64,000 nt of DNA from positions 96,001 through 160,000 of the forward strand of contig CAVYHV010000009.1 of NCBI GenBank assembly GCA_963768425.1, given 5' to 3'. Of the stretch, positions 1 through 9,549 are shown one piece after another. A program made the position numbers and the translations under genes. The notes beneath the pieces are model-generated. The model was not told where the DNA came from, searched no databases, and was given only the letters and a program-made list of their open reading frames with translations. How positions within the stretch are numbered: the stretch's first letter is position 1; each line of letters starts with the position of its first letter. The DNA comes from Candidatus Bathyarchaeota archaeon. Its GTDB lineage: Archaea; Thermoproteota; Bathyarchaeia; Bathyarchaeales; Bathycorpusculaceae.

Positions 1-710
1 AACTAGAACCTCTTTTGCCATTATAACTCAATTCAATTACCTTCAAGAGAAAAAAGTAATAATAGACGATTTTTCACATGAACCCCATTCTAGACGGAGA
101 CTTCACAGAACCCTTAAAGATAAGTTTTATGTGAAGGCTTCAGCGGCTAAATCAAGAACAAGCTTAATTGTTGGTTTTTCTGATTCAATTTGGCTTAAGT
201 TGTAATCATTGCGCCGTCATAGATTATTCCTGAGGTGCAGAAGCCGGAGGAATCGTGCCAAAGCTGCTAGGCACCCATGAGTACATTGGAAAATCCTTCG
301 CCACTTTTCCAACGCCGTCCAGCTGAAAAGTCTAAGGATAATCATAAATCAAAACAAGAAAATTTAAGAATATCAAGACAGCGATAACTGATATTATCAA
401 AACTTTTCTTTTTTTCGAAATTGGTGGATGTAACGTCTTTGTGCGCATGAATCTTCAAGGATGCAAATGACGCTTCTATCAAGATTATCGAACACTTGTT
501 AAAGATTTTAATGTTTTTGATGTATTTTTTCTTAAAAAAGCCACACGGCTACCCTAAAAGAATGTACGAAAGGTTCATAAGTAATTGGGTCTTTTTCCTA
601 ACGGCAATAGATAGCAGAACCAACTGCAATTCAAGCTAACGTCAGCATCAAAAAAGGTTGATGTTGGCCAACTGAAAAGTTAAAATAGTCGGTTGAAGAG
701 GTGAAAAGGT

Positions 711-1034
711 ATGGAAAACATTTACGCAGCGATGCTCCTTCACAAGGCAGGAAAAGAAATAAACGAAGAATCAGTAACAGCAGTTCTAAACGCAGCAGGA
801 ATCACAGTTGATCAGATTCAAGTAAAAGCGCTCGTTGCATCACTGAGCGAAGTAAATATTGATGAGGCAATCAAAGCAGCTCCAGCAATGATGGCGGCCG
901 CTCCAGTTGCAGCACCAGCAGGCACAGAAGCAAAACCAGCAGCCGCAGCTCCAGAAGACAAGAAGAAGAAAGCTGAAGAAGAGAAAGCCAAAGAAGAAGC
1001 AGCGTTAGAAGGATTAGGCGCCCTATTCGGGTAA
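711..1034 (+). CDS. rpl12: 50S ribosomal stalk protein P1/L12
   Basis: [11 protein letters not shown] start, Ala-rich hinge, acidic tail ending GLGALFG. Confidence 0.97.
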   Translation: MENIYAAMLLHKAGKEINEESVTAVLNAAGITVDQIQVKALVASLSEVNIDEAIKAAPAMMAAAPVAAPAGTEAKPAAAAPEDKKKKAEEEKAKEEAALEGLGALFG

Positions 1035-1127
1035 ATCAGCCTCTTATTTCTTAATTTCAACCAATTTTTCCCCAAACCTGTTTATTTGCAGCTTCAGTGA
1101 GTTTTCAAAAACAAGAAAAAAATTGTT

Positions 1128-2336
1128 TTATTGAACGGGGACGTTTGCGTCTTGAGCGGTCTCAACAGTCGGAGTTGCCGCTGGCAAGTTTGCTTTCGTC
1201 TTACGTTCAAACCAAAGCGCCAACGCGACTACAGGCGCCCACCCAGTAATAATAAATACGGTGGCCGGTAAGCCTCCAACGTTTCGCCCAACAATCGGAA
1301 CAAGCCAATTTATTATGTCAAATAAATAGGCATCCCAGACGCCAAACACTATAGCTATAACTGTTGCAGCGATAAGGGCAGTTTTTAGACTAAATCTTTT
1401 GCATGTTTGAATTGTAAGGAGGCCAGCAAAGAAAAAGTCGCCTAAACCGAGTCCTCTATAGCCGATGGCCAAAGCAGTGGAGTTTGGAATTTTGATCATC
1501 TGAAGGGGGATGTTGGGCAGGTAAACGAGTACTGGAAGCCCAAGTCCACTAAATTTAGTTGCCGCTGCAACCATCGCGGTGCTTCCGATGACCAGGATGA
1601 TATCCAAGCTTGTTAAGAGAACTGCAAAAAGCCCAACAGTCTTCCAGTTAAACAATGTGCTTAGATACAGTATGATGAGGACTGCGAAGGTTAAAGCAAA
1701 AACATCCATAAGGTACGGGGTCCAAACCGCCGCTGTTCCCGCGTTATTCAAAAAGTTAAAGAAGACAAACAACAAAACAAAAATCGCCGGAGGCTGCGCA
1801 GCAACATACCAACGCTCTTTATGAACCGTGTTTTTTCGCTCGTAAAAGGCGACACCGAAGCAAAACGCCGCTAACACGATGAAGGCTACAACTCTCAGTA
1901 TGGTGTAGGCATCTTGGAGCGGCGGTAACACGCAGACTGCACCTGCAATTATAGAGGCAACGCCGAACCCCACTGAAAAAAGCTGCGCCCTGACTTTTGG
2001 GATACCGCTAAACAAGTATGAAATTGTGTACAGCAGCATGGTGTATGAGAACAAGAAGAATACAAGAATTACGTCGCTGAAGAGTTCTCCAGGTGCATAG
2101 ATAGCGGCTAAGGCTAAGCCTGAAATGATTATAGCCATGAATACGACGAGGACAACTACATCTTTAGTTTTGAACTGCTTCTGCTCAACAGTTGACATCA
2201 GTCGTCCTTCTGTGCGCTTATTCAAAAACAAGGCAATAACAATTACACTGAATAAGGCCAAAGGCATGGCGATGTCAAGGGAGGGCATAGAGAGAGCAAT
2301 AATCATCGACTCATTTATCTGTTTATCCAACAACAT
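1128..2336 (-). CDS. Presenilin/signal peptide peptidase-like GxGD intramembrane aspartyl protease
   Basis: Multi-TM protein with SLDII (first Asp), GLGLGDF and LPAT (PAL-like) motifs in the expected order. Confidence 0.75.
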   Translation of the reverse strand: MLLDKQINESMIIALSMPSLDIAMPLALFSVIVIALFLNKRTEGRLMSTVEQKQFKTKDVVVLVVFMAIIISGLALAAIYAPGELFSDVILVFFLFSYTMLLYTISYLFSGIPKVRAQLFSVGFGVASIIAGAVCVLPPLQDAYTILRVVAFIVLAAFCFGVAFYERKNTVHKERWYVAAQPPAIFVLLFVFFNFLNNAGTAAVWTPYLMDVFALTFAVLIILYLSTLFNWKTVGLFAVLLTSLDIILVIGSTAMVAAATKFSGLGLPVLVYLPNIPLQMIKIPNSTALAIGYRGLGLGDFFFAGLLTIQTCKRFSLKTALIAATVIAIVFGVWDAYLFDIINWLVPIVGRNVGGLPATVFIITGWAPVVALALWFERKTKANLPAATPTVETAQDANVPVQ

Positions 2337-2422
2337 CTAAAAAACTCAATTTCAAACCGCCCCTAAATAACGCTCTTACGAATGCCATAACCTTAAGAAT
2401 AGCCAAAGAAATAAACAAACCC

Positions 2423-3004
2423 ATGATCCAACCACCCGAAAGATGCTGGAACACCAATGACTCTCTCTATGTCAAGTACCATGATGAAGAATGGGGCGTC
2501 CCCGTGCATGACGACCGCAAACTTTTCGAGTTCTTGGTTCTCGATAGTTTTCAGGCTGGCTTAACGTGGTTGCTTATTCTTCAGCGAAGAGACTCCTTTA
2601 GAATAGCTTTCGATAACTTCAACCCTGAAAAGATAGCAAAATACACCTCTAGAGACGTCGAACGATTAATGGAAACGCCCAACATAGTTCGTAACCAATT
2701 GAAAATCAAAGCTGCAATAAACAACGCCGAAAAATTCCTTGAAGTTAAAAAGGAACTCGGCAGTTTCAACGGCTATGTCTGGGGATTCGTCAATGGAAAA
2801 ACAATCCACAACTCTTTCGCAACCTTAGAAGATTTGCCTGCGGAAACCGAGGCGTCAAGGGCAATGAGCCAAGACATGAAAAAAAGGGGATTCAAGTTCG
2901 TCGGACCCACAATATGTTACGCCTTCATGCAAGCTGCAGGTTTAGTGAACGACCACCTGCAATTTTGCTTCAGATACAAGCAAATCAAAGAAAACAAACT
3001 CTAA
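2423..3004 (+). CDS. tag: DNA-3-methyladenine glycosylase I
   Basis: YHDEEWG, FQAGLTW, GFKFVGPT, GLVNDH motifs. Confidence 0.95.
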   Translation: MIQPPERCWNTNDSLYVKYHDEEWGVPVHDDRKLFEFLVLDSFQAGLTWLLILQRRDSFRIAFDNFNPEKIAKYTSRDVERLMETPNIVRNQLKIKAAINNAEKFLEVKKELGSFNGYVWGFVNGKTIHNSFATLEDLPAETEASRAMSQDMKKRGFKFVGPTICYAFMQAAGLVNDHLQFCFRYKQIKENKL

Positions 3005-3035
3005 AAACTACAGGGCAAGGCCACTATTTTGGTAT

Positions 3036-3890
3036 TCAGTAGCTAAATCTTTCATTGAAAATGGCTAGTGAAGCCAGAAACGCCTCTTCAGTTCTAACCG
3101 TCGCCGTTCCTTGTCCGGGAATCGTGTTCACGACAAAATCAACAATTGACTCAAGTTTTGTTCCCTCTCCTTTGGCAATCTCGTGCAAGCCCCTTAACGG
3201 TGCCCCAAAAGCCACCAAGATGTTTTGAGCCGGACTCCATTTTGCGTAAATCTTGTCCGATATTTTGTTTACATAGATGCCAAGTCTGGCAGTTGCAATG
3301 GTTAAATCAAATCCTCCGGCAGCTAGTAGCTGCTTGAACGATGTGTTTTCCACCCTTACCCTGAAGCCCCAGTACATCTCGATTTCGTCGCGGTTTGCAG
3401 CCTGAACTTCAATCCGTTCGCCTACATTGACTATTTGCAGCGTCAAACGCTCTCCGACAACATACTGGCTTTCTCGCAAAATCGCAGGTTGCTCCACACC
3501 TATATCCACAAGCAAGCCGTCTTTAACCTCTGAGAGCACCACGCCTTCACGGTAAACGCCTGCCTTCAAATCACGGGTTTTGCCGCTATCAGGATGATGA
3601 GGGGTACGTAGCGGCGGCAGAATCCCAGCGTATTGCAATCGGGGCTCGATCTTGAAGAGGCTTTTGCGCAGGTACTGCGGAGTCTCCAAGTAGTTAAGCA
3701 AAAGAACTATGAAATTCATGTCTTGTGTCTGGTTAATTTTAGGGTTATCTGGGTAAACAATGATTTCGTGGACCCTGAAAATCGCCGCTGCTCGTCCAAT
3801 CAATCCGACCTTCGCTGTTTTCTCCCGAAGATGAGGCGTATCTGCTATAGTTGAGGCTGGGATGGCGACTGTGAGTTTCTTTTTGTCCAT
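3036..3890 (-). CDS. SPOUT-family RNA methyltransferase (DUF171/C9orf114-like)
   Basis: GRAAAIFRV, YLETPQYLRK, PPLRTPHH, NTIPGQGTATVRTEEA. Confidence 0.9.
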   Translation of the reverse strand: MDKKKLTVAIPASTIADTPHLREKTAKVGLIGRAAAIFRVHEIIVYPDNPKINQTQDMNFIVLLLNYLETPQYLRKSLFKIEPRLQYAGILPPLRTPHHPDSGKTRDLKAGVYREGVVLSEVKDGLLVDIGVEQPAILRESQYVVGERLTLQIVNVGERIEVQAANRDEIEMYWGFRVRVENTSFKQLLAAGGFDLTIATARLGIYVNKISDKIYAKWSPAQNILVAFGAPLRGLHEIAKGEGTKLESIVDFVVNTIPGQGTATVRTEEAFLASLAIFNERFSY

Positions 3891-3988
3891 GACTTTTTTG
3901 CTCCGAACGCTAGATCGATCCTGGTTTGCGTTGAGCTTAAAAGGTGGAGTTTAGATATAAAATTGCGGGTTACTGGAGGGATTTTGAA

Positions 3989-5089
3989 ATGACGAGTTCC
4001 TTTTTAGATGATGTAGAAAACATTAGAGCCGTTGATAGAAGTGGAATGATTGATTTTTGTCTTAATTCCGCAAAGATTTACTCCGAAGCTAAGGTGCTGG
4101 CTGATGAAATTAAAGTAAACTATCTTGAACCAGAGAACATTGTTATCTCGGGTATGGGTGGCTCAGGAATAGGGGGCGACCTGCTTAAGGACTGGGCAAA
4201 AAAACAAACGTCGGTGCCAATCGAAGTCAACAAGGATTACGAGCTTCCAGAATATGCGGGCGAAAAAACCCTAGTGTTCATAACAAGCTACTCAGGCGAC
4301 ACTGAGGAAACCCTCAACGCATTTCTTGACGCGTTAAAGCGGAAATGCATGATTTTTTGCGTTAGTAGCGGGGGCGCCTTGCTTGAAAACGCTGAAAGGC
4401 TCGGTGTACCTTACTTTCGGGTGCCAAGCGGAATGCCTCCCAGAGCTGCACTTCCCTATATGTTTGTTCCGCTTTTGATTTACATGGAGAGAGCAGGCTT
4501 AGTTGAAGGCGCCTCAAAAGAACTCTTCGAAGCAATGCCGCTTCTTAAGAAAATAAGCGAAGAAAATGCGCCTGACAAACCAACAGTTGAAAATTACGCG
4601 AAAGCCTTAGCGCTGAACATAGGGAAAACTTCGCCTGTCATCTACGGGTTCGGTGTTTACCGCGGCGTGGCCCTGCGTTTCAAGCAGCAATTTAACGAGA
4701 ACAGCAAGGTTCCTGCGAAATCAGACGTTTTCAGCGAGTTGAATCATAACGAGATTGTAGGTTGGGAACGCGCTGAAGAACTTGGCAAGTGCTTCTCCGC
4801 GATCTTCCTGCGAGACCAAGAAGAGCCAGCTGCGATTCAAAGCCGCATTGAAATTACAAAAGAGCTCGTGGAGCAGGCTGGTGTGAACGTGCTTGAAATT
4901 GTGGCTCAGGGCAAAAGCAGCCTGGCGCGGATGCTGTCAACAATTCTGGTCGGCGACTTTACAAGCGTTTACCTGTCAGTCTTGCGAGGGGTAGATCCTA
5001 CTCCCGTCAAAACTGTAAACTACCTCAAAGACACGCTGAAGCAAAACGGGTTTAGAGAGAAAGTTATAGGGGAACTCGCAAAACTTTAA
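3989..5089 (+). CDS. Bifunctional phosphoglucose/phosphomannose isomerase
   Basis: SIS motifs GMGGSGIGG, SYSGDTEET, NENSK, ELNHNEI; start set at ATG after GGAGG (ORF track start 3944). Confidence 0.92.
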   Translation: MTSSFLDDVENIRAVDRSGMIDFCLNSAKIYSEAKVLADEIKVNYLEPENIVISGMGGSGIGGDLLKDWAKKQTSVPIEVNKDYELPEYAGEKTLVFITSYSGDTEETLNAFLDALKRKCMIFCVSSGGALLENAERLGVPYFRVPSGMPPRAALPYMFVPLLIYMERAGLVEGASKELFEAMPLLKKISEENAPDKPTVENYAKALALNIGKTSPVIYGFGVYRGVALRFKQQFNENSKVPAKSDVFSELNHNEIVGWERAEELGKCFSAIFLRDQEEPAAIQSRIEITKELVEQAGVNVLEIVAQGKSSLARMLSTILVGDFTSVYLSVLRGVDPTPVKTVNYLKDTLKQNGFREKVIGELAKL

Positions 5090-5118
5090 CACGAACACTC
5101 CAGGGTTGTTCTTGACAA

Positions 5119-5778
5119 CTATTTCCTTTTATTTTTTCGAGAAATTACAGCTAAGGCAGCAATCACGGCAATTACCACCACGATGACCGTAACAACCAGA
5201 TAAAACACGTTCTGATTTAAGCCGAGAATCTGGGGGCTCCAAATGTTTGTTGCAATCGCCTGGGCGTTGACTGTATAAGTTCCCAAGTTATCCGCACTTT
5301 GAATGTAGAAACCCGTGTCTTTATCCCATTCCTTGTTTCTTTGAACACCGCCTAGCGAACTGTTTGTGTATGTTACTGTCCTGTCTGCTCCCGCGACGGT
5401 TTTTTGGATTTGTCCTTGTATGGGCACGTTGCTGTTGATTGACGAATCGTAGAAGGTTTGGCCTGGACTGAGGTTTGCCGGGATGATTATCCAAGCTTGA
5501 ACGTTTCCCGTGGAGAAATCGAAGAACCTAAGCGAGGTTGAGAGGGTTCCGTTAACGTATTTGACGGTAAAGTTTGCATGAAACGCTTCGCCCTCTATAT
5601 CAACGATCTCGATCTTAGCCCACGTTAAATCTTGAGCGGCAGGAACAGCTCCAGTAGTTTTGACTGAGTATTCAACCCAGTTGCCCGCCTTAACGCCTAC
5701 AGAAGGCTGAGCCTCCGCTGCGGCTATCGAAATAATCATGAAAGCAACAATCATCAACGCAACAACTGTTTTACGCAT
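5119..5778 (-). CDS. Secreted, C-terminally membrane-anchored hypothetical protein
   Basis: Signal peptide, GNWVEY-containing domain, C-terminal TM plus basic tail. Confidence 0.75.
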   Translation of the reverse strand: MRKTVVALMIVAFMIISIAAAEAQPSVGVKAGNWVEYSVKTTGAVPAAQDLTWAKIEIVDIEGEAFHANFTVKYVNGTLSTSLRFFDFSTGNVQAWIIIPANLSPGQTFYDSSINSNVPIQGQIQKTVAGADRTVTYTNSSLGGVQRNKEWDKDTGFYIQSADNLGTYTVNAQAIATNIWSPQILGLNQNVFYLVVTVIVVVIAVIAALAVISRKNKRK

Positions 5779-5879
5779 GAAACAGACTCAAGAATGTGTT
5801 AGGTTTTTTCACTTATAACACTTTTTATTGAACGAAGATTTGGAAAGCGGTTAGGAAATAGGCCTTCCAAAAGGGGGTC

Positions 5880-6933
5880 TTAGGCGATGAATTTCGCGAA
5901 TTCCTTTTCCGCAACTTCCATGGATACAATTTGCGGAGGACGCTTAAACGCGTAAGCGCAAACGGGTTCAATCGCGCCTTTAAGCTTCTTGTTCAAAGCT
6001 AGTTTCATCGCGCGGACTACGTCGAAGAGCACGCTGCCAGCGTTAGGTGCATCAACCGTTTGGAATTTGAGGTCGATTTTCATCGGTGCATTGCAAAAGT
6101 ACACACCGCTTATCCAAAAGTAACTGTCACGTTTGTTCTGTAGAAAATCGACATAGTCAGTTGAGCCTGCTACAACTTCAGCTTTGTATGGGATTGATGC
6201 AGCTACGGATTCGGTTTTTATGCTGCGTTTTGCATCTCGGCTTCGGTCCATGGTATCGACGGATTCTGTTCCTCCGCCTACGTCAAGCTGGTAGGTCTCA
6301 TTGATTTTGACGCCGTTTTCGCTAAGCAGCTTAAGAAGTGTCTTGTGCAATGCGGTTGAGCCAACTTGGTCAACAAGGTCGTCACCGACAAGAGGAAGCT
6401 TTGCGTCGGCGAACTTTTTAGCCCAAGATGAATCGCTAGCTATGAAATTCGGCGTGGCATTCACGAATGCGCATCCTGCCGCCAAAGCCTGTTCAGCGTA
6501 CCATTGGCTGGCTTTTGAGGCTCCGCTGGGAAGCAAATTAACTATGACCTCGGCGCCTGCCGCCTTAAGAACTTTAACTACATCCGCATCTGGGGCGTTG
6601 CTGACTTGAACGATGGCTTTAGTTGAATCTCCTAAGCCGTCAAGCAACGGACCCTTAGCAACCTTAACACCCAACGAGGGAACATCAGCAACTTTAGGCG
6701 CGTTGTTCGGAGCAGCAAAAATGGCTGTCGGAAAGGTCTTTTCCGACTTTACGCTCATCAATATCAAAAGCCGCAACAACCTCGATGTCTTTGGAGCTTA
6801 AACCTGCCAAAACTGGATTTCGCAAGCCAACGAAATCTTCCGGTTTGCTGGATTTCTGGTAGTACTGGATGCCTTGGATGAAGGCTGAGGCGCAGTTTCC
6901 AACGCCGATTAATGCAACTTTGACTTTGGGCAT
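5880..6933 (-). CDS. ino1: myo-inositol-1-phosphate synthase, split by one frameshift near 6730
   Basis: VALIGVGNCAS and FDIDERKVGKDL in ORF 6694-6972 continue as AIFAAPNN...VGDD...SAYAFK-like (CAYAFKRPP) in ORF 5880-6779. Confidence 0.88.
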
Positions 6934-7097
6934 ATGTGGCACCTTGCTTGGCTTCTCTATTTGCGATTGCATTATAAAAAGCTACGCCGCGCTAAAACTT
7001 GAACAAACGCTCAGTGCGCGCCTTTGGTCTTCTTTTTGCAACTGGATAAGAAACGCTTATTAAACGACGCGTCTAAAGTTTAGACGCCACATAGTTC

Positions 7098-7172
7098 GGG
7101 CGAGTAGATCAGTCTGGTATGATCGCCACGTTGGCATCGTGGAGGTCCCGGGTTCAAATCCCGGCTCGTCCA
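7098..7172 (+). tRNA. tRNA-Ala(GGC), intronless, CCA not encoded
   Basis: Acceptor GGGCGAG/CTCGTCC with G3:U70, anticodon arm CCACG-TTGGCAT-CGTGG, T arm CCGGG-TTCAAAT-CCCGG. Confidence 0.96.
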
Positions 7173-7246
7173 CTATTCTTGTTTAAACGCCACCCTGGTC
7201 TAAACCATAAGAAACCTTATGAATTAGCGAAACCAAGAACAATCTG

Positions 7247-7808
7247 ATGGAGACTCAATGCATGTTAAGTTCTGAAAAGTTGTTGGGAATAGTTAAAGAC
7301 GTCGTTTTGCCGGTTGATGTCCGCACTAGATATGATGTTTATTTTACTGACAAGCGTGTTGCGATTGTTTGCATGGGTAGGGCAGATCGTTTTGAATCCG
7401 AGACGTCGGAGCCGCTTTCCATTATGCCTTCAGTATTCGGAGTGCCTCCTCCCATGTCATCGTACGTGGAAAAGACCGAAGATAAGCGAATCGATTGATG
7501 AAAAAATAAAACACTTGTCTTTAGACGACATTTTAAAGCTCAGCAAGAAAAGCTGTTTCTACACTAACGATGAAGTCGAAAAGGTGAAATTGATTTGTGG
7601 ACACAGCCCAAAGTTCATAATCTTGAGCAAAGAATGCGAATCAAAGTTTTCTCCCGATGAGGAGCAGCTCAAGCAAATAACCGAAATATTGACGACGATA
7701 GAACCGTTGAGGAACAAGCTTTGGATCGCTGGCAAATGGAACAATCTTCTCGAAATGGGACTCATGAAGCCTTTCTGCAAATTCTACGAGAAAGAGGTCC
7801 CGAAATAA
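7247..7808 (+). CDS. Hypothetical protein, frameshifted near 7490
   Basis: Overlapping ORFs 7247-7498 and 7314-7808 join into one plausible protein (YDVYFTDKRVAIV...SLDDILKLSKKS). Confidence 0.6.
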
Positions 7809-7838
7809 TTTGGCTATTCTTGATTGCTTGTTAACTGT

Positions 7839-7982
7839 TTATGCGAGACTTGCTTCATCGACTAGGTGAACTGTGCCGTCTGGGCAGAAAACTTGTTCTC
7901 CGAACGAGGCCCTGCGGTAACTTCTTATGCATGGCTCTTGCCGTCCACATCCATCGCAATCTTGCGAAACCATTTTCTTCAT
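7839..7982 (-). CDS. 47-aa Cys/His-rich small protein (not in ORF track)
   Basis: MKKMVSQDCDGCGRQEPCIRSYRRASFGEQVFCPDGTVHLVDEASLA with GAGGGG SD-like motif upstream. Confidence 0.6.
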   Translation of the reverse strand: MKKMVSQDCDGCGRQEPCIRSYRRASFGEQVFCPDGTVHLVDEASLA

Positions 7983-8112
7983 TCTGTCCCCTCTGCTTCA
8001 TAGTATATTATTGCATGATTGGATTTAAGGAGTTTTATACTTCAGGGCTTGGTTACACGGCGTAAGTCTTAAGTTGGACAAAGCTTTTGTGGCAGTGGGA
8101 AATTGAGCCTAA

Positions 8113-8409
8113 ATGAATCTTGCAAATTTAGCGTTAAGCATTGCCAGCATAATCAACTTTACAGCCCTACTGCTGATGCTGCGGGCGGTCATCAAAAATA
8201 GGAACGCGTTGCGGGGCTACAGTATCACTGGCTCATTCTTAACGTTCGTTTCGCTCGTTGGCTTCCAAATTGCCTACTACCTTCTAGATAATATTGTTGG
8301 GTTTATTTTGGGCTGGGTAAGCGTAGCCTTCTGGTTCATCGCTTTCATCTACACGTTGCGGCAACGGCTGAAAGGCAGCGAGCCCGAGAAAGAAATGGTT
8401 GAACCCTAA
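8113..8409 (+). CDS. Small 3-TM membrane protein
   Basis: Three hydrophobic segments in 98 aa. Confidence 0.7.
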   Translation: MNLANLALSIASIINFTALLLMLRAVIKNRNALRGYSITGSFLTFVSLVGFQIAYYLLDNIVGFILGWVSVAFWFIAFIYTLRQRLKGSEPEKEMVEP

Positions 8410-8441
8410 AACGGCGGAAGCAAAGTCAAGAATTTTATGTC

Positions 8442-9356
8442 TCAACTTTTTTCGCAGTCGAAATATGGCTTCAAAGTTGACATGCGACCGAAAAAATCGA
8501 GTCTTACAGAGTAATTGAGAGTTCTTTCGTTTGGCTTTAGGGAGTAGCTTAAACCCGCCCATGAAAAACGATTCCTTGTCCTTTCCCAACCCCTAAACAA
8601 CGTCGTCCCATGAACCTTTTTTAGGCTAAAAGATAACGGTTCCTTGATGTTGACTAACAAGGCCCAGTCTGCAGCCACCTTATCCCACGCCCCGATTTCC
8701 CTACCAAACAATTTCAATCCGCTATCGTCAACGTATTTTTCGAAAACTGTGGAACCCTGCTCATTTAGAATCAAGATTTCATCGCAACCTGACAGAGATA
8801 AGTCTGCAAAGTCGACGCTTATGTCAATCAGGGTTGGCTTAATCGTGTAAGCAACAGTTATGGTGCCTCTATTTTTCACCTTTTGGAATTCAGTCTTTAT
8901 CTTCGCGATCTGGCGAAGTTCCATAACAGCGTTGAAAAAAGGCGAGAGATTCTTTTGGGTCAGGTATGGTTTTTCAAAAGTCTTTCTTAGCGAGGAATAA
9001 ACGCTATCGTCGATGTAAGATGCTCGCCAAAACTTCTTTCGGGCCACAGAGTCTAAAGCGTACTTTTTGAGTACCCTGCAAGCATAAGTGGTTTTTTCAA
9101 TCGATATTTCCGCTGAACTGGAAAAGTAGGTTTTGTCCTGGTACTTAACAACTGGAGCTCCGAAGCCGAGCCCTTCTTCAATTAACTCTTTACCATCAAG
9201 CGTTAGGACAAGGCCCTTTTGAAGGGGCGCTGTCTCCATGCAATGGGGGCAACAGTCTTTGTAAAGCCTTGCGGATAATCGGTCGGTAAGCTTAATGGTG
9301 ATTGGTTCATCTGAGATGACCGTTTCCATTTTCAGTTTGCTTGCAGGAAGACTCAA
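8442..9356 (-). CDS. Hypothetical protein
   Basis: 304-aa ORF with no motif recognised. Confidence 0.7.
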   Translation of the reverse strand: MSLPASKLKMETVISDEPITIKLTDRLSARLYKDCCPHCMETAPLQKGLVLTLDGKELIEEGLGFGAPVVKYQDKTYFSSSAEISIEKTTYACRVLKKYALDSVARKKFWRASYIDDSVYSSLRKTFEKPYLTQKNLSPFFNAVMELRQIAKIKTEFQKVKNRGTITVAYTIKPTLIDISVDFADLSLSGCDEILILNEQGSTVFEKYVDDSGLKLFGREIGAWDKVAADWALLVNIKEPLSFSLKKVHGTTLFRGWERTRNRFSWAGLSYSLKPNERTLNYSVRLDFFGRMSTLKPYFDCEKS

Positions 9357-9549
9357 GTTGGCATCCTTCTTATTTGCTTTTTACTAAGCTGGGGGGACTT
9401 GTCAGCCTTCAGCGGCTCCTGTGCTTTTTTGGTCGCCCTAAATACTTAATAACATAGTTACGTTAACATTTTATTGTCAAAGTTGCTTTGTTACAATCGA
9501 ACAATAGCTTAACTACTTTAAGGATTGGTAACTGGCGGAGTTAAAGATT

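Noticed and set aside
231-330. Lysine or c-di-AMP riboswitch
   Set aside because: Only short partial motifs (GAGGTGC, ATGAGTA, CGGAGGAA); the full consensus architecture is not matched
226-388. TAG readthrough (pyrrolysine) ORF containing CQSC*
   Set aside because: No clear start codon, and no pyl genes or other support in the window
6694-6779. Programmed frameshift in ino1
   Set aside because: No slippery heptamer at the junction, and similar indels occur throughout the window
7098-9400. Integrated element at tRNA-Ala
   Set aside because: No integrase and no duplicated tRNA 3' end noticed in the window
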